From assembly GCA_012295275.1 (NCBI GenBank), contig CM022665.1, forward strand, positions 23,870,001 to 23,934,000: 64,000 nucleotides of DNA, written 5' to 3'. Made by a program: the position numbers and the translations under genes. The notes below the pieces were generated by a model that saw only the letters and a list, made by a program, of their open reading frames with translations, was not told the DNA's origin and did no database searches. The DNA comes from Chrysomallon squamiferum. Lineage: Eukaryota; Animalia; Mollusca. Positions 29,333-42,952 of this stretch are shown one piece after another (the first letter of the stretch is position 1; the number at the start of each line of letters is the position of its first letter).

Positions 29333-32300
29333 CTACTTGTCTACCTGCTTCAGTCTATGTCTATTTCATTCCTTTTCTCACTCTTTATTTCATGGTTTCT
29401 CTCTAAGTGAATCTCTTATAGTACTGATACCTCTTTGTTATACAAACTCTGCAGCAATCTCTTTACTTATCAGTCTGTTTCTTCAGTCTCATTTTCTCTT
29501 TCAGCCTTTCTGTCTCTATCTGTCTCTCCTAACCAGTCAGCCAGTCCATAACCACCAAAACACTCACATACAGAAACATACATAAATTACATACTCTGAT
29601 AAACATACAAATAGGTCGACGTGTTAAATAGGTTAATTATTTCAAGATTGAGGAAATAAAATCTGAAAAAAATGTTACTTGGATGTGGTTGCTCCACCAA
29701 TCAGCAGAGGAATTTTCATTCCAATTCTCTCCATTTCCCTGGCAACAAAAATCATTTCATCAAGTGATGGTGTTATCAGTCCTGATAACCCAATGAAATC
29801 TGAAATGTGAAAAAGAAATTGTCTATATAATAAAATAATAAAAAAATAATTTTTAATTAAAAAAAACTAAACTAAAAAAAAAAAAAACAAATGATGATGA
29901 AGGTATAAAAAATAATGATAGTGCAACAATAATAATGACGATGATAATGATGATGATGATACCCATGATTAAAACATCAATTTTTTTAAACAATTTTTAT
30001 AAAAAGAAGTGATCAAATAACACCAGTATTTAAAACAATCCTAAGACAACTATATTGGAATGAAATTATTTCTGTTCCTAATCCATTCAGGATCAATATA
30101 AAGTGATAATTACTTTTCTGGGTAATGATCAAGGTTTATACTAAGCAGAATTATTAGTTAAGATCATTCAAAATGAAAAACACCCACCAAAATTCTTCAA
30201 ACAGCTATACTGTTTTGGTGTATGTTCTTTTAACTAATTTGTTTAAATAAAACATTCAAATGTCTCACCTGCTTTTGATTCTATTGCTGTTTGCAAAATC
30301 TTTTCACATGGTGTCATCACACCAAGATCAATAACTCTGAAAATCAATAATTTGATCATTAAGTGACATTTTAATATAGAAAAAATATTTTCATTTTGTA
30401 ATACTATGATCTATAGCAAATTATTTCTGTGTAATACAGTATATGATCAGTATTTTCTGTACATATTCTAATATATATAAAAGCCAAAAATATTGTGTTA
30501 AACAATTTTTTCTAATACAAAAAAATTATTTAATTATTTTAATATAATTTAATAAATCCTTAAGTATACTGAAAGCAATTAAAAAAATGTATTTACAATA
30601 GCTCCTTTGTTTTCTTTTAAATAATGATAAAATATATATATATATATTTCTGTTTGTACTATTTCTCAAGTTTAGTTTAAATGAAAACAAGCATTACCGG
30701 TGTAATAAAAGAAATAATTTAAAAAAAAATAAAATAAAATAAAATTACCTGTAATTGTTACAACCAAGCACAACTCCTACAATATTTTTACCAATATCAT
30801 GAACATCTCCTTTAACTGTTGCTATGACTACTGTTCCAACAAAAGCACTATCCTAAAAATTATTTTAAAAATGGATTAATAAATTACAATATACTGATTT
30901 GTTGAAGAATTGGAAGAAAGAGAGACCGAAATAAATGGTGAAATCAAGGAAAGAGTATATGATATAGGCACTGAAAGAAAGCGGAAAGGAGAACAAGACA
31001 AAAACAGAGAAAATGATATTATTTCAAGAATTAAGTTTTCAAATTTAATATTTTTGAAATATTTCAAATGATGCACTTACAAAATCAGAAATTCCAGTCA
31101 GCTTCATCTGAGCTTCTCTTTCTTTCTCCATGTATGGAATGAGATGAGCAACAGCCTTCTTCATCACTCTAGCAGATTTAATAACCTGAGGCAAAAACAT
31201 TTTCCCTGAACCAAACAGGTCTCCAACAATACTCATTCCCTGCAGACAAACCAAAATGACTTAATAAAACATTTTTGCTTAATACAGGTTTGGTTTTTAA
31301 GAATTTACAGGATAAAGCATTTATTGGTAATTAAGATTTAATAATATTTGGAGCAAATAAGTAAATGTACAGAATGCTTAAAGCTTTAAAACTCATTTTT
31401 ATTTTCTATTGCTACCGTAACAGCTAAAACTAATTAGTGAAATATGGAAGTTGCAATACCTTCATGAGTGGTCCTTCTATGATATTCAAAGGTCTTGGAT
31501 ATGTAACTGTGTCTTGTCTTGCTTCTTCTGTGTCTTCAACAATATATTTATCAATACCCTGTTTATAATACAAATTATACATTATTGTGACTTTACAGTT
31601 AGCAATGGTAATTGAAGAAGTAGAAGTAGCAACTGTCGTAATTTTAGCAGAAATAGTTACAGTTGCAGTAGTAGTAGTAGTAGTAGTAGTAGTAATAGTA
31701 ATAGGATGTGAAATAACAATAATGGAAGTTGTATAGTTGTAGCAGCAATAGTAGTAGTGACAATAATAGGTGTAGTAGCATTAGCAGGCCTAGTTTTTGG
31801 ATGTCATGAAACTGAGTTCAATAAAAATGGAGAATTGGCAGCTGGTAAAGTCAAAACTAACTGTAACATAAGCTGAATCAAAATCCATGGCACATCATGC
31901 ACATGTATCTCTTAAAATGTTTAGTCTGTGTTGGATATAGTATTAATATTTGTTTTTATATATTAATAATGTATCCAACAAAGATTAAAGAGGTAAGTCA
32001 CCTTAACAAGAGAATGGTGTATTCTTTCCTCTACGGGCATCTTCCTCCATTCATCTGTTACACCAGCCTTCTTAGCATCTTTTCCACAGTTCTGAAACAA
32101 AATAATTCCTTAAATTCTTTTTTCATAAACAAAGGAAAAGTACAGTGGAAAAAGGCAAAGGAACATACTTATTTTGAAATACAGCATGGTTTGGCAATTA
32201 ACAAGGGGTAATTGATGTTTTAGAAGAGCATATTTCCTTTATTTTTCATACCAGTTTTAAATACAATTCAAACACTTGAATGTTCAACAACTAAATTTAT

Positions 32301-35300
32301 TCTAATCCCTGATTTACAAAATTCTCACCTCTGCATATTCCAACAGTTTTTCTGTTCCGTTTGGATCTTTGTTCCAAAGTAAATTTTCACAGAGCTCTAG
32401 CAGTGGTTTGTCAATGTCATCATACACTGGTAAACAGCCAGCGTTTACTATACCCATGTCCATCCCAGCCTGAAAATATATTTAAAACTTTTATTTTATT
32501 CATCTCAGGCTCTAAACAAAGAAAAAAAAAAAAAAAAACCCAACTTTAAAAAAAAAATAGTACATACTTGACAGAAGAATTGTTTTGAGTTTTTGTTATA
32601 TACAGGTGTATGCATTCCATGCTTTGAATGAAAAAAACAGATGTTGACTTTAGTAAGTATATTGTCTGTATGTAGTTGACTCAACAAAATGAAAGAAAGA
32701 AAGAAAGAAAATTAAAACTGATGCAATTTTGTAATAAAAGATTTAATAATAGTAAGGTTTGAAAAAGAAAACACTACAACTGTTCTATGACCTACTCTTA
32801 CTGGATTAGAACATTTGATATTTTATTCTGAAAAAGATGTACCAACGTGTTTAACACAGTAGTCATGGAATAATGCCTACTGTTAATACATTTTCACTAT
32901 TTAATAATCAGTAATTACTTATTAAGCTACAGTTACTTAAGACACTCACTTTGATAGCATGATAAAGGAAAACACTGTGCATCGCTTCTCTTATTATTTC
33001 TTTGCCTCGGAATGAAAATGAGAAATTTGATACACCTCCACTGACACGAGCACCTGGTAAACATTGCTAAAACAAAATAATAATAATAAAAATCATCATA
33101 ACGTTTAGTTCTCTTTTTATTTTCTTCTTTTTTTTTCAAAATTAAAAGAAAGAAATATTTTTAAAATAGTATAACAGAGTAGGGTTTTTACAGTTAATGG
33201 AATTTTAAGAAAAACTTTATACAATGTTTCTGCCACGAATGAAGATCTAATGAAACTGTAATGTAATATATTATTAACTGTTATTAGGAGTCACTTTCTT
33301 GTGTTATTGTGACATGTGAAAGTAAATTTAGAGCTACCACAAATGGACTATTGTCATTAACTAAGTTTATGCATACTTAGCCATTGGTAGGAAAGCACAT
33401 AAGACAACTTTTTACAAGTAGCAAGTTGATACATTATCAAGGACAGATCCAGCAACCCATGATCACTCAACAAGGCAGTTAATAATTGAATAACAACTTA
33501 TTACATGAAAATGGTACCAGTACCTTTATTTTCTTGGTTGCCTCAATGAAGTCAATGCCGTATCTGTTGTGTTCTTCCATTCCTGTTGCTATGGTTAGAA
33601 TGTTTGGATCAAAGATGATGTCATTTCTGTTGAAGTTCACTTTATCCACAAGAACGTCATAGGATCTTTTACAAATTTCAAACTTTCGGGCTGAATCAGT
33701 GGCCTATTAAATACAAAATAAAATAAGAAATGTGCAGCTTACTTATTTTTTGTAATTTATCCCATTATTTATTTATATATTTTTGTTTTTCAATTTTTTT
33801 AAGGAAAAAACAACAACTCCTCAAAAGCACAGAGACACAAATACAGAGAGATAAAAGAAGAAAATGATATTAAGAAAAAACCTTTTACTGATATAAATAG
33901 TTTCTTTCTTCATGAAAATAATATATTATTTAAGTATGTTAAAATAAAATTTCTTGAGTTAGCAGTTTTGTTATAGGTTTTGGTCTTACCACACATCAGA
34001 AACAAAATCTCATTATTCTAATGTCAGAAAGAACAATTTTTTCATCTTTTTTTTCTGAAGATACTTTAGAATAAATTCTCATTTATTGCTGATACTTTTG
34101 AACAGAATTATTAACTTACATTATAAATGAATACTAACCTGGCCATCTTCATCAAAAGCCATAACAACCACAGCTGCACCATACTGTTTTATCTTTGTGG
34201 CTCTTTTAATGAATTCATCTTCACCTCCTTTCAGACTGATACTATTTACTATACATTTAGACTGAGTGCACTTCAGACCTGCTTCTATCACGTCAAAGTT
34301 TGAGGAATCTATACACAGAGGAACCTGAAAAAAAAAATTTCATAATTGTATTTTAGAAATAATATGATACAAAAAAAATAGTTAGATTCAATTACATTTC
34401 AAGCAGTGGTTGTATCTTTTTTTATTTATTTATTTTTTTAAAATAAAGTAACTAGTTCCATCTAAAAGTATAATCAGAATGACAGCTGACCTCCAACTTC
34501 TGAAATTCTGGATGTACCCAAGAAATTTACAATGAAAATTGTAAATTTCAAATAAAAAGAAGTTCCCAAATGACTAGTTTAAAAATTTGTTTGGAATAAA
34601 CCAAAATAAATTTGTAAATAAAATAAATCTACAAAGTCCTTAAATTAAAAGCACAGGTCAGAAAAAGTCCACGTATTTTTAGGAAAGAATACCACTGAGA
34701 TATTACATTAAAAATTACACACTGACACTTTATGCTTAATGATATTTCTCTCTAGATACTTAGAGCAAAAACATCCTTGTCCATTAATAAAGTACAGCCA
34801 TCATAAATATAACCATAAAGTAAATCTGACATCCAGAGAAACATAAAATAAAAAACCCAACAATGGTGGCTCTTTAAAATGTACCTTTGCAATGTCTGGT
34901 TCTGATGAAATCAGATTAATAAATTTGGTCATGGCTGCAACTCCGTCCAGCAAACCTTCGTCCATATTGATGTCCAGCACCTGTGCTCCATTGTCCACCT
35001 GTGTTTTAGCAACACTGAGGGCTTCCTAAAAATAACAACAATAAAATAAATTACTGGCACAGTCTCACACTGTTTTATTAAGTAAGAATATTTTATTTAA
35101 CAACACGCTCAACACATTTTAATAAATCTTTTTATATGGTTATATATATCCAAAATGATCAGCAAAAAAGAAACCTTCTACAGCCATGAGCTACTCTTTT
35201 TTTAATCAGCAGCAAGGAATCTTTTACATGCACCTTCCTTAGACAGAAAAGTGTAAGCTATGGCCTATAATACATTAATTTGCAGCCACTGGCTAGGATG

Positions 35301-38300
35301 AGAAATGTATTAAAGACAATTCTTATGATACATTATTATCATTATTTAAAAATTAATATGGTCAGATTAAGAAATTGAACTATTCACTGTAATGTTTTCT
35401 GTTGAAACTCCATTAATAAATAAGCCATCCCAACCCAAGAGATGAAATTGCCAATTTTTTCCAAAGTTCTGTGTCAGTGACACCCAACTCAGGGTTTCAT
35501 GGTGATTTAGAGTTTTGTAAATGACATCTATATATATATATAGCTTGAGGGTATAGTAATGCTGAAGATAACTATTCTGTATTCAGATGTGTATATGACT
35601 GTTCGATTTCACATTTCAAATTCATTCCACTCACTTCATAGTTTCCATTCTTTATAAGTCTGCAAAACCTTTTAGATCCTGCTACATTACATCTTTCACC
35701 AATATTAATGAAGTTTGTGTATGGTCCAACTAACATAGGTTCAAGGCCTAAAGAAAAGAAAATAATTAAGTTGTAATATTTGATAATCACACACAATTTA
35801 AAACTGATATATAATTACCAAGTACTTTCACTGGGTTGGAACAAGAGAGTGTAGACAATATTTAGATATTTACACTATGTATGGACACTACCTTTCATTA
35901 TTTTGAGGCAGCTTCATGACTCCATCCTCCCAGATACTGACACTTTCTGGGTGATGAAATGATCCATGCACTACAAAATTTTGTTCCAACCCAATAATTT
36001 TTTTCATGGCATTAATAAAATATGTTTATCAAAAAAAGCTACAAAATAAAGAAAAATAGATTTATTACAGTTTGTTATTAATATTAATAATTTTGTTACA
36101 AAGAATTTATAACATTATAACACGATCAAAGGTGCTCACACGCTCATAAAATTTGTAATAAAAAAAAACCAGTGTTATAAACAGACAAAATAAACTAAAC
36201 TTAAAATTTAATGCAATTAGTAGTACCAGATATTTCAGAAGATTAGCAATGTAAATCTGAATGAAGATGTATCCAATTATAAAATTGTACATGTTTATTT
36301 TTTAATTACACTGCATTAATTACAGTAATGAAATATCTTGAAGAAATAAATGTTATTTGGCAGAACACAATGAAAATTTAATCACCTTAAATAATAAATT
36401 TTAAAAAAAGAGAAGGTTTTATTCATATAGCATTTACTGTTTAGACCCTTGAAATCAATTAAAATACTTAAACATAGAGAAAATTATCTTTTGTTTTACT
36501 ATGTTATTGATCTTTGTTAAGTAACTATAGTGACCACACCTGACAACAACATGTAGTCATCAAACAGGTCTACTGGTGGAACACGAGGCTTACAATTACG
36601 TACTGCTTCCGATATGGCTCTGTGAATAATAATAATAATAATAACAACAGTAGTAGTAGTAGCAGGAGCAGCAGCAGTAGTAGTAGTAGTAGAAGCAGCA
36701 GCAGTAGCAGCAGAACCAGTAGTAAAACAGTAATAATAATAAAAGCAGTAACAATAAAACAAACAATACTAACAGTAACAACAAAAATAATAAAAAAAAG
36801 GACATATAAAATATTTTTAAAAAGATGGGTTGTCATCATTGTGATGAATTTCACTACAATGCAAATAACTTAGGACTGGAAAAATTAGGAATAATAAAGA
36901 TGGAATTATGTAAATGAATAATATTTTAAAGTATGGTAAATTCTGACATGTTAATGATTAAATAAAATAATTGTTCACACACAAACACACAAATTTTAAT
37001 AACCACTAACATTTATACAGTTAGAGAGAGTCATTTATAGATTTAAAGAGTATGTCAAAAATAAAGTTACCCACTTGATGTGTTTTGGTGTGGTACCACA
37101 GCATCCACCAACAATATTCACAAGTCCATCTTGAGCAAATGCCTTTTAAAAAAGTGACAGCATTAATAATTACCAAAACAAAGATGTCAAGAGTCAAAAA
37201 TATGTGAAAAAACAACTTTGGATTCATATATGTTTAACTCACTTCAACTGTTAGATTTTATTAATTCTTATTAAGTGGATGTACAAAGGAAGAAAAAAGT
37301 ACTTTATCGTCAAATGTATATCTCGATATTTTTACAAACACTAATAAAAATATTAATTTGATAATTGATATATTAGAAAAAAAAGAAAATAATAATAATA
37401 ATTAAATAAATAATTTGAAAGATTACCTTTAAAAGACTTCCTGTCATTTCAGGTGTTTCATCATAGCCTCCAAATGTGTTTGGTAATCCTGAAAAAGAAG
37501 ATGTAAAATAAAGTTGATTTAAAAATTATTTAATGTGATTTTAGAATAGTTTTTAAATATTATTACTGATGCAATGCAGTTTGAGGTTCATTTCTTGGTA
37601 GAAACAACTGATAACATTATAGTCTGCTTTAAGCAAATACTAATTTGTAAAATAACTAAACTATGTAAAAGAATAATACTCTAAGTCTAGATATTTGTTC
37701 TAATTATTATTATTATTATTATTATTTTTTTTTAGATCTAGTTATAATAATAATAATAGTTAAAGAAAAGGAAACAGAGCCAAATGGAACAATTTGAAAT
37801 TTAAAAAAAAGAGCACACAGTCCAAATTAATTAAGCTGTTGTGAAATACAAAATGTCAGTTCACCATTAATTTTATAATGATCCAGGTTAATTATTGGCT
37901 ATATACTGACTTTCACATTTCATATTTAACAATAAAATTATTCACTTTGTTATTAATTATACAGGTATTAATCTTAAAATCCTAGATACGATGTAAAATT
38001 TAAATAAATGTAATATGTTTATTTTGGTGTTTCAGATTTACAGATATTAATGGCACAATAACAATGACCAACCAGCATTTGGATAACAAATGGTGAACGC
38101 CTTTGTATTTTTACTGACATTCTCAATGAAAGGCCTCATTTCATTGGCTCCAAGAGCACAGTTGAGCCCTAGGCTAAAATGTATTAATTAAAAATAATAA
38201 AATCAATTATTATAACCATCACATTCATTTTGAAAAAAAGAGAAGATTTTAAAATTAATTAAACACCAGAAATATATTAAATATAAAAAATAAATAAATA

Positions 38301-41097
38301 TATAAAACAATTTGATGGCTAATTTTGATGTAGGTATCATTCCATTAGGCAAAAAACAAGGAAACCAGCGAACTAATAAGAAAATTAAGAACTGCTCAGA
38401 TATTTATAACAGAAATTAAATTTAATATACTGCAATGGATTTAAAAAAATATATAATTATAAGAATAAAAAAATAAAAATAAAATAGATTCAAATTCTTT
38501 TGAGTTTCAAATTCCTGCACCTACAAAAATATGAATATGTTATAGGTAAGATTTGGTTATTCCAGTTCATAACTTACCACAAAGGGTCTGCATGCGACAC
38601 GCTGATTACAAAAGCTTCTGTTGTCTGTCCAGACAGTGTCCGTCCACTTTTGTCAACGATTGTTCCCGATATCTGTAACAAAATGGTGTTTGTTGTAGCA
38701 TTTTTTTAATTTGAAAGTCTGGGGATTTATTCAGGCATGTGATTGTGTGTGTATGTCAAAATAAACAACTGTTTCTGTGGATCTCTGTGTATTTATTTAT
38801 TTATAAAGTGATAGATAAGAAAATTAATTTACTTTTAAAATTTATTCTTTTTGTTGTAAAAGGATCATTCATTATTCTTAGAAATGTTTCATTTTTCAAA
38901 CCAGATTAATTTACTCACAAACAATGGAACCTCTTCGTAGCCTCCAGAAAACAACTCTTTTACTGCGTATATTGCAGCCTACAAAAAAATGCACAAAAAT
39001 AAAACTAAAGAAAACTCAAAAAGGTAAAGAGATAAGATAAGATAACTTTTATATGAAACAATATCTTTCAAATTAATTTCATTTTAGAATACTGATCAAT
39101 GTAAGAGAATACTAATCATAGGTAAACAAGTGAGCAATGAGACCTCAGAAAAGTTTTAGGTTAATCAATTGACTTGATGTATGTTTGTATGTTTACATGT
39201 ACAATACAGACAGCTAGCTTAGTTGTCCTACACATCCATTTAGTCAAGCTATAACATCAAATATTACAACCCCAAGAAAATCCAGGACTTGATTACTGTC
39301 TGACTGGTGAGGATTTTTCAATAACAGCTGAATCCTGAACAGAAGACAAAGGTGGTTACATCACACTCGCCTTTGCATTTGCTGTATCAAAAATTGTCTC
39401 AATTAATAATATATCAACACCACCATCAAGAAGACCTTTGACTTGTTCTATGTAGGCATCTTTCAGCTCATCAAAAGCTGAAATAAAGGTAATAATTAGG
39501 AATGTTTCATAGTTAAGAGATATCTTAAGAAAGTTATATATATATGTATATATTATGTGGGTTTTCTTTTCTTTTTCAGCATTGCATTAAATTTATTTGT
39601 TTGACTAGGTATTAATTATTATGATCATTTCTATTTCTCTCAGTATTTCAGTTACAATGTTCTTGTTTTTCCTGTTAAGTATGACAAAAAAAAAAGAAGA
39701 AAAAAGAGTTGAATAAAATAACAAGTTAGTGAAGATATGTGTCTAGGACATCTTCCTTTTTACTGTGACTTCATTTTGTACAAAATAGTTAGGCTGAGGA
39801 TGTTGTAATTTTCAGTATTTAGTCAAGTCTGTTAGGTACAAGAAAAAAAAAAAAAGAGAAAAAAAAAGATTTACTGATGTTTCTCAATTCTGGTTTCTCA
39901 ACAGATGGTGACACTGACAGAGTTCGATTGGTTGGACCAAGAGCACCAACAGCATATCTCTGTATTCCTGTAAAATATTTACACCACAATGTTTTCTATT
40001 ACATTTTATTCTGTAATTTGTACTAGTCAATTAGAAAATTTAAAATAAAATAAAGAAAGTAAATAAATAAATCATGACCATCCTTATTAATAAGTAAATA
40101 AAAAAAGAATAATAAAACCACCAATGTTGCATCATTTCTGATCTTTAAAAAAATGAGAAATATCTGAACTGTCAAAAACATGTACATACACACACAGCAA
40201 CAAACTTTTCCTGAAACCCTGGATCTATTCCAGGACGTTTTCATAATTAAACTGTATAGAAAATATTATGCATTAGTAACCTAACTTTCAAACTGCTATT
40301 CAAATGCTTCAGTTAAAACACAAAATATAAAAATGCTGGACTTTATTTAAAAGTATTGATACAAGTATTACTGTATCAGTTACCTGTAGAAGCTGTAACA
40401 TCATCACATGCATGCTTTGCTAGCTTTGCTGACTCTAAGTTCATTTTGTACACCTGATAAAGACAGCAGAAGATACATAAAACCAAGAAAAAGCTTTGCG
40501 ATAACAGACAAATGATGTTTGTATGAATGTAAATTATCTTTATGGGTGTTTGTGTGTGTGTAAGCAATTACAAATGCCAATGTTAAAGTGTATCTTATTG
40601 TTTGTCAACAGATGTGTATCCAAATATAGCTGTATCTGGACACTGATTTCTAAAAGTCTCTTTATCATTTTAGAATTAAATTAGATAATAATTTAAAAAA
40701 AAAAAGAATTACAGCACCACATACCAAGAAATTATTGTCTTTTTACATAATAATACTTTTATTTAAAAATCAAGAAAGTCATGAAGACATAATTGCATCA
40801 CATACCACAAACATAATAATTTTTTCACTATAAAACTTTGAATTAAAAACCAAGTTTCTGTTTTAACTCCACAAAATGCATTTACGTATCAACAAATTTA
40901 AACTGTAATTTATGGTTATGGTTAAGTGAAGTACCATGTGTTCCAAGCCATAGTCAGCTTGTGCTATTCTTGTTCCACTGAAAGTGTTTGTCTCAACCAT
41001 ATCTGCACCAGCTTCAAGATATTCCTAAATAAAACACACATTTTTGTGTTGATTACAATTGTTTGACTGCCTTGTAAATACTAACCATTATAGTGTG

Positions 41098-41148
<51 letters not shown>

Positions 41149-42824
41149 GCCTGATTTAATTATTTAATAGCAAAGAGAACAATACATTACTGATTACATA
41201 TTAATATTAAAGATATTCTTGAGGCCTCATGCAGATTGTGGCCCTAAGCTCTAGCATGTTTAACTTGTTTACCTAAATCTGGCACTGTATTTACATATAA
41301 ATACACACACATCATGGAGAATATGAATACATGTGTTAATTAAATCAATAATTTTAAAAGTACCACTATAAATCAAAACAAAGGAGGAAAAAAATTTCAC
41401 CTTTATCATTACTCTTTTGTGAATAATAACAATTATAGCAACAACAATTATGCATATACTCTAGGAACATAATTATGATACTGATAATAATAACTAAACT
41501 GCACACATAATTCATGTGATTACAAGCATTTAATTTATTTATTTATAGCCATGAAAGATCTGATGGCTAAATGCCTAAAGGTGTAGGCCTTAAATATAAA
41601 AACAGTGATGTAACAGATGTTCACTGAAATGTTAATTAACAAGTTATACATTAACAGTACTTTATGTATTTGATAGATAACATCTGGCTTAGTCAATGAC
41701 AGCAAATCATTGTTGCCTTGGAGAGGTTTTGAGTGACTTTTGAACTCTGACCCTCGGAAGTCTTCTTCTTCAAATTTATGTTGTTGGATCATGGTTCCCA
41801 TGGCACCATCCAGAACCATGATCCTTTTCTGCAGTTCAGTAATCAGTCTTTTTGCCAAACCTGGAAAAATATGAAATAATACATAAATAGGCTACTTATT
41901 TCTAATATATAAATGTGTTTATGTACCTATCACTGAATGAACTGTGTGTTTGTGTGTGTGTGTGTGGGAGGGTTATCTATGTAAATGAATGCATGTATAT
42001 ATTAAATAATTAATTAATTAAAAAATCAAATGATTGTTTTATTAGTATTATACACATTTTGCATTTTTTTTCTTCAAATAAACAAAAATAATAAAATAGA
42101 TTCAATTTATTATCATTGTTATAAAATTAAAAAAATGTACATTTTTTCAACTGTATAAAAAATTATGTATACAGTAATAAAAGATTATTATTATATATTT
42201 TTTAATAGTTTAAATGGCTTTTATTATTGACATAAAACAAACATAGTAAATTACATTAAATTCAATACACAGAGTAATAATTACAATTTTAGAATTACAC
42301 ATGATGAAAGCAAATATTATTACTACAACTATTATTAGATTAACAGCAGTAGTGAAAGCAGTTATTACAGTGGTAGTATTAGTGATAGCAGAGAGATGAT
42401 GGTGTAGTAAAAGTAGTAGTTGGCATTATGGGTTTAACTGTTTGCAACATACAATTTTTTTTTTACAAAAAAAAAAAAAAAAAAAAAAAATTAAAAATTA
42501 AAGTCCTAATACTGTAATAAATTTTTTTTTTTTTTTTTAAATAATTAAAAAGTTTTAGTATGATATAAAATAAACGTAAGTAGTAACTATTTAATTTAAT
42601 GACTCTACCACTAACAACAAAATAATTATATATTCAAGACTTGTGTTTCTTATCATGACATGTTTAGTAAGCACAAACACTGTTCTGATAAATCAAAACA
42701 TTAAAGCACGTGTGTTGCTAAAAATAGCTACAAATGAATTATTAATGTTAGACGGGTTTCTGGAACCTGTCGTACCCATCTGCGGATATGATTCTGCATT
42801 CCCTTTTTCTGGCTTTTTCGTCAT
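23571..42824 (-). CDS. MTR: Cobalamin-dependent methionine synthase (about 1263 aa, 34 coding exons)
   Basis: Exons 5'->3': 42824-42776, 41860-41661, 41024-40935, 40453-40384, 39967-39875, 39477-39371 (GC donor), 38978-38919, 38672-38578, 38173-38073, 37488-37427, 37142-37075, 36619-36540, 35747-35635, 35025-34885, 34324-34139, 33703-33524, 33066-32950, 32469-32329, 32091-32002, 31558-31460, 31239-31081, 30852-30749, 30336-30269, 29799-29679, 29034-28953, 28516-28418, 28072-27997, 27553-27398, 26791-26610, 26169-26030, 25417-25351, 24967-24866, 24341-24141, 23663-23571; total 3792 nt. Motifs: LDGAMGT, Zn ligands GLNC and [15 protein letters not shown]12-binding [33 protein letters not shown]. 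Exon 1 is the least certain. Confidence 0.97.
24686..24722. repeat. (TG)n microsatellite
   Basis: Perfect dinucleotide run in an MTR intron. Confidence 0.95.
29037..29340. repeat. Compound microsatellite (AAT/GAT)n + (CTGT)n + (CT)n
   Basis: Directly visible; abuts the acceptor of MTR exon 29034-28953. Confidence 0.95.
35091..35306 (-). mobile_element. tRNA-derived SINE (gastropod family), 5'-truncated and degenerate
   Basis: TTTATTTAACAACACGCTCAACACATTTT tail and GCTACTCTTT...AGCAGCAAGGAATCTTTTACATGCACC core. Its reverse complement matches the plus copy at 58556-58763. Family assignment is from recall of gastropod SINEs. Confidence 0.7.
36625..36790. repeat. Degenerate trinucleotide repeat (AAT/AGT/AGC)n
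   Basis: Directly visible, next to the acceptor of MTR exon 36619-36540. Confidence 0.9.
41099..41144. repeat. (TG)n microsatellite
   Basis: Perfect dinucleotide run. Confidence 0.95.
41145..41287. mobile_element. Small MITE (hAT-like)
   Basis: TIRs CAGTGCCTGATTTA / TAAATCTGGCACTG (13/14 match). TSD not recognisable because the left flank is a TG repeat. Confidence 0.6.
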
Positions 42825-42836
42825 GTTGATGATAAT

Positions 42837-42869
42837 TTACGAAGCAATCAAATATAACTCCATGGTCAT
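42837..42869 (-). promoter_or_regulatory. uORF MTMELYLIAS* in the MTR 5' leader
   Basis: ATG ACC ATG GAG TTA TAT TTG ATT GCT TCG TAA. The second ATG is in ACCATGG context. It ends 12 nt before the main ATG, in the same frame. Confidence 0.6.
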
Positions 42870-42913
42870 CGTTAAAACGTATAGCCGTTCTTTCCCTAAC
42901 AGTATCAAGACAC

Positions 42914-42952
42914 AAGTGAGGACGAACACCGGGGCGTTTCGTTATTTATATA
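42914..42952 (-). promoter_or_regulatory. Candidate TATA box and initiator of MTR
   Basis: TATATAAATA at 42952-42943 and Inr-like TCACTT (A at 42917) about 33 nt downstream, within a CpG-rich patch. Confidence 0.45.

Noticed and set aside
28929-29585. Poly-I/N/Y/SL ORFs (also at 722-977, 36517-36873, 43331-43528, 59171-59420)
   Set aside because: Translations of microsatellites. Only the short embedded true exons are coding.
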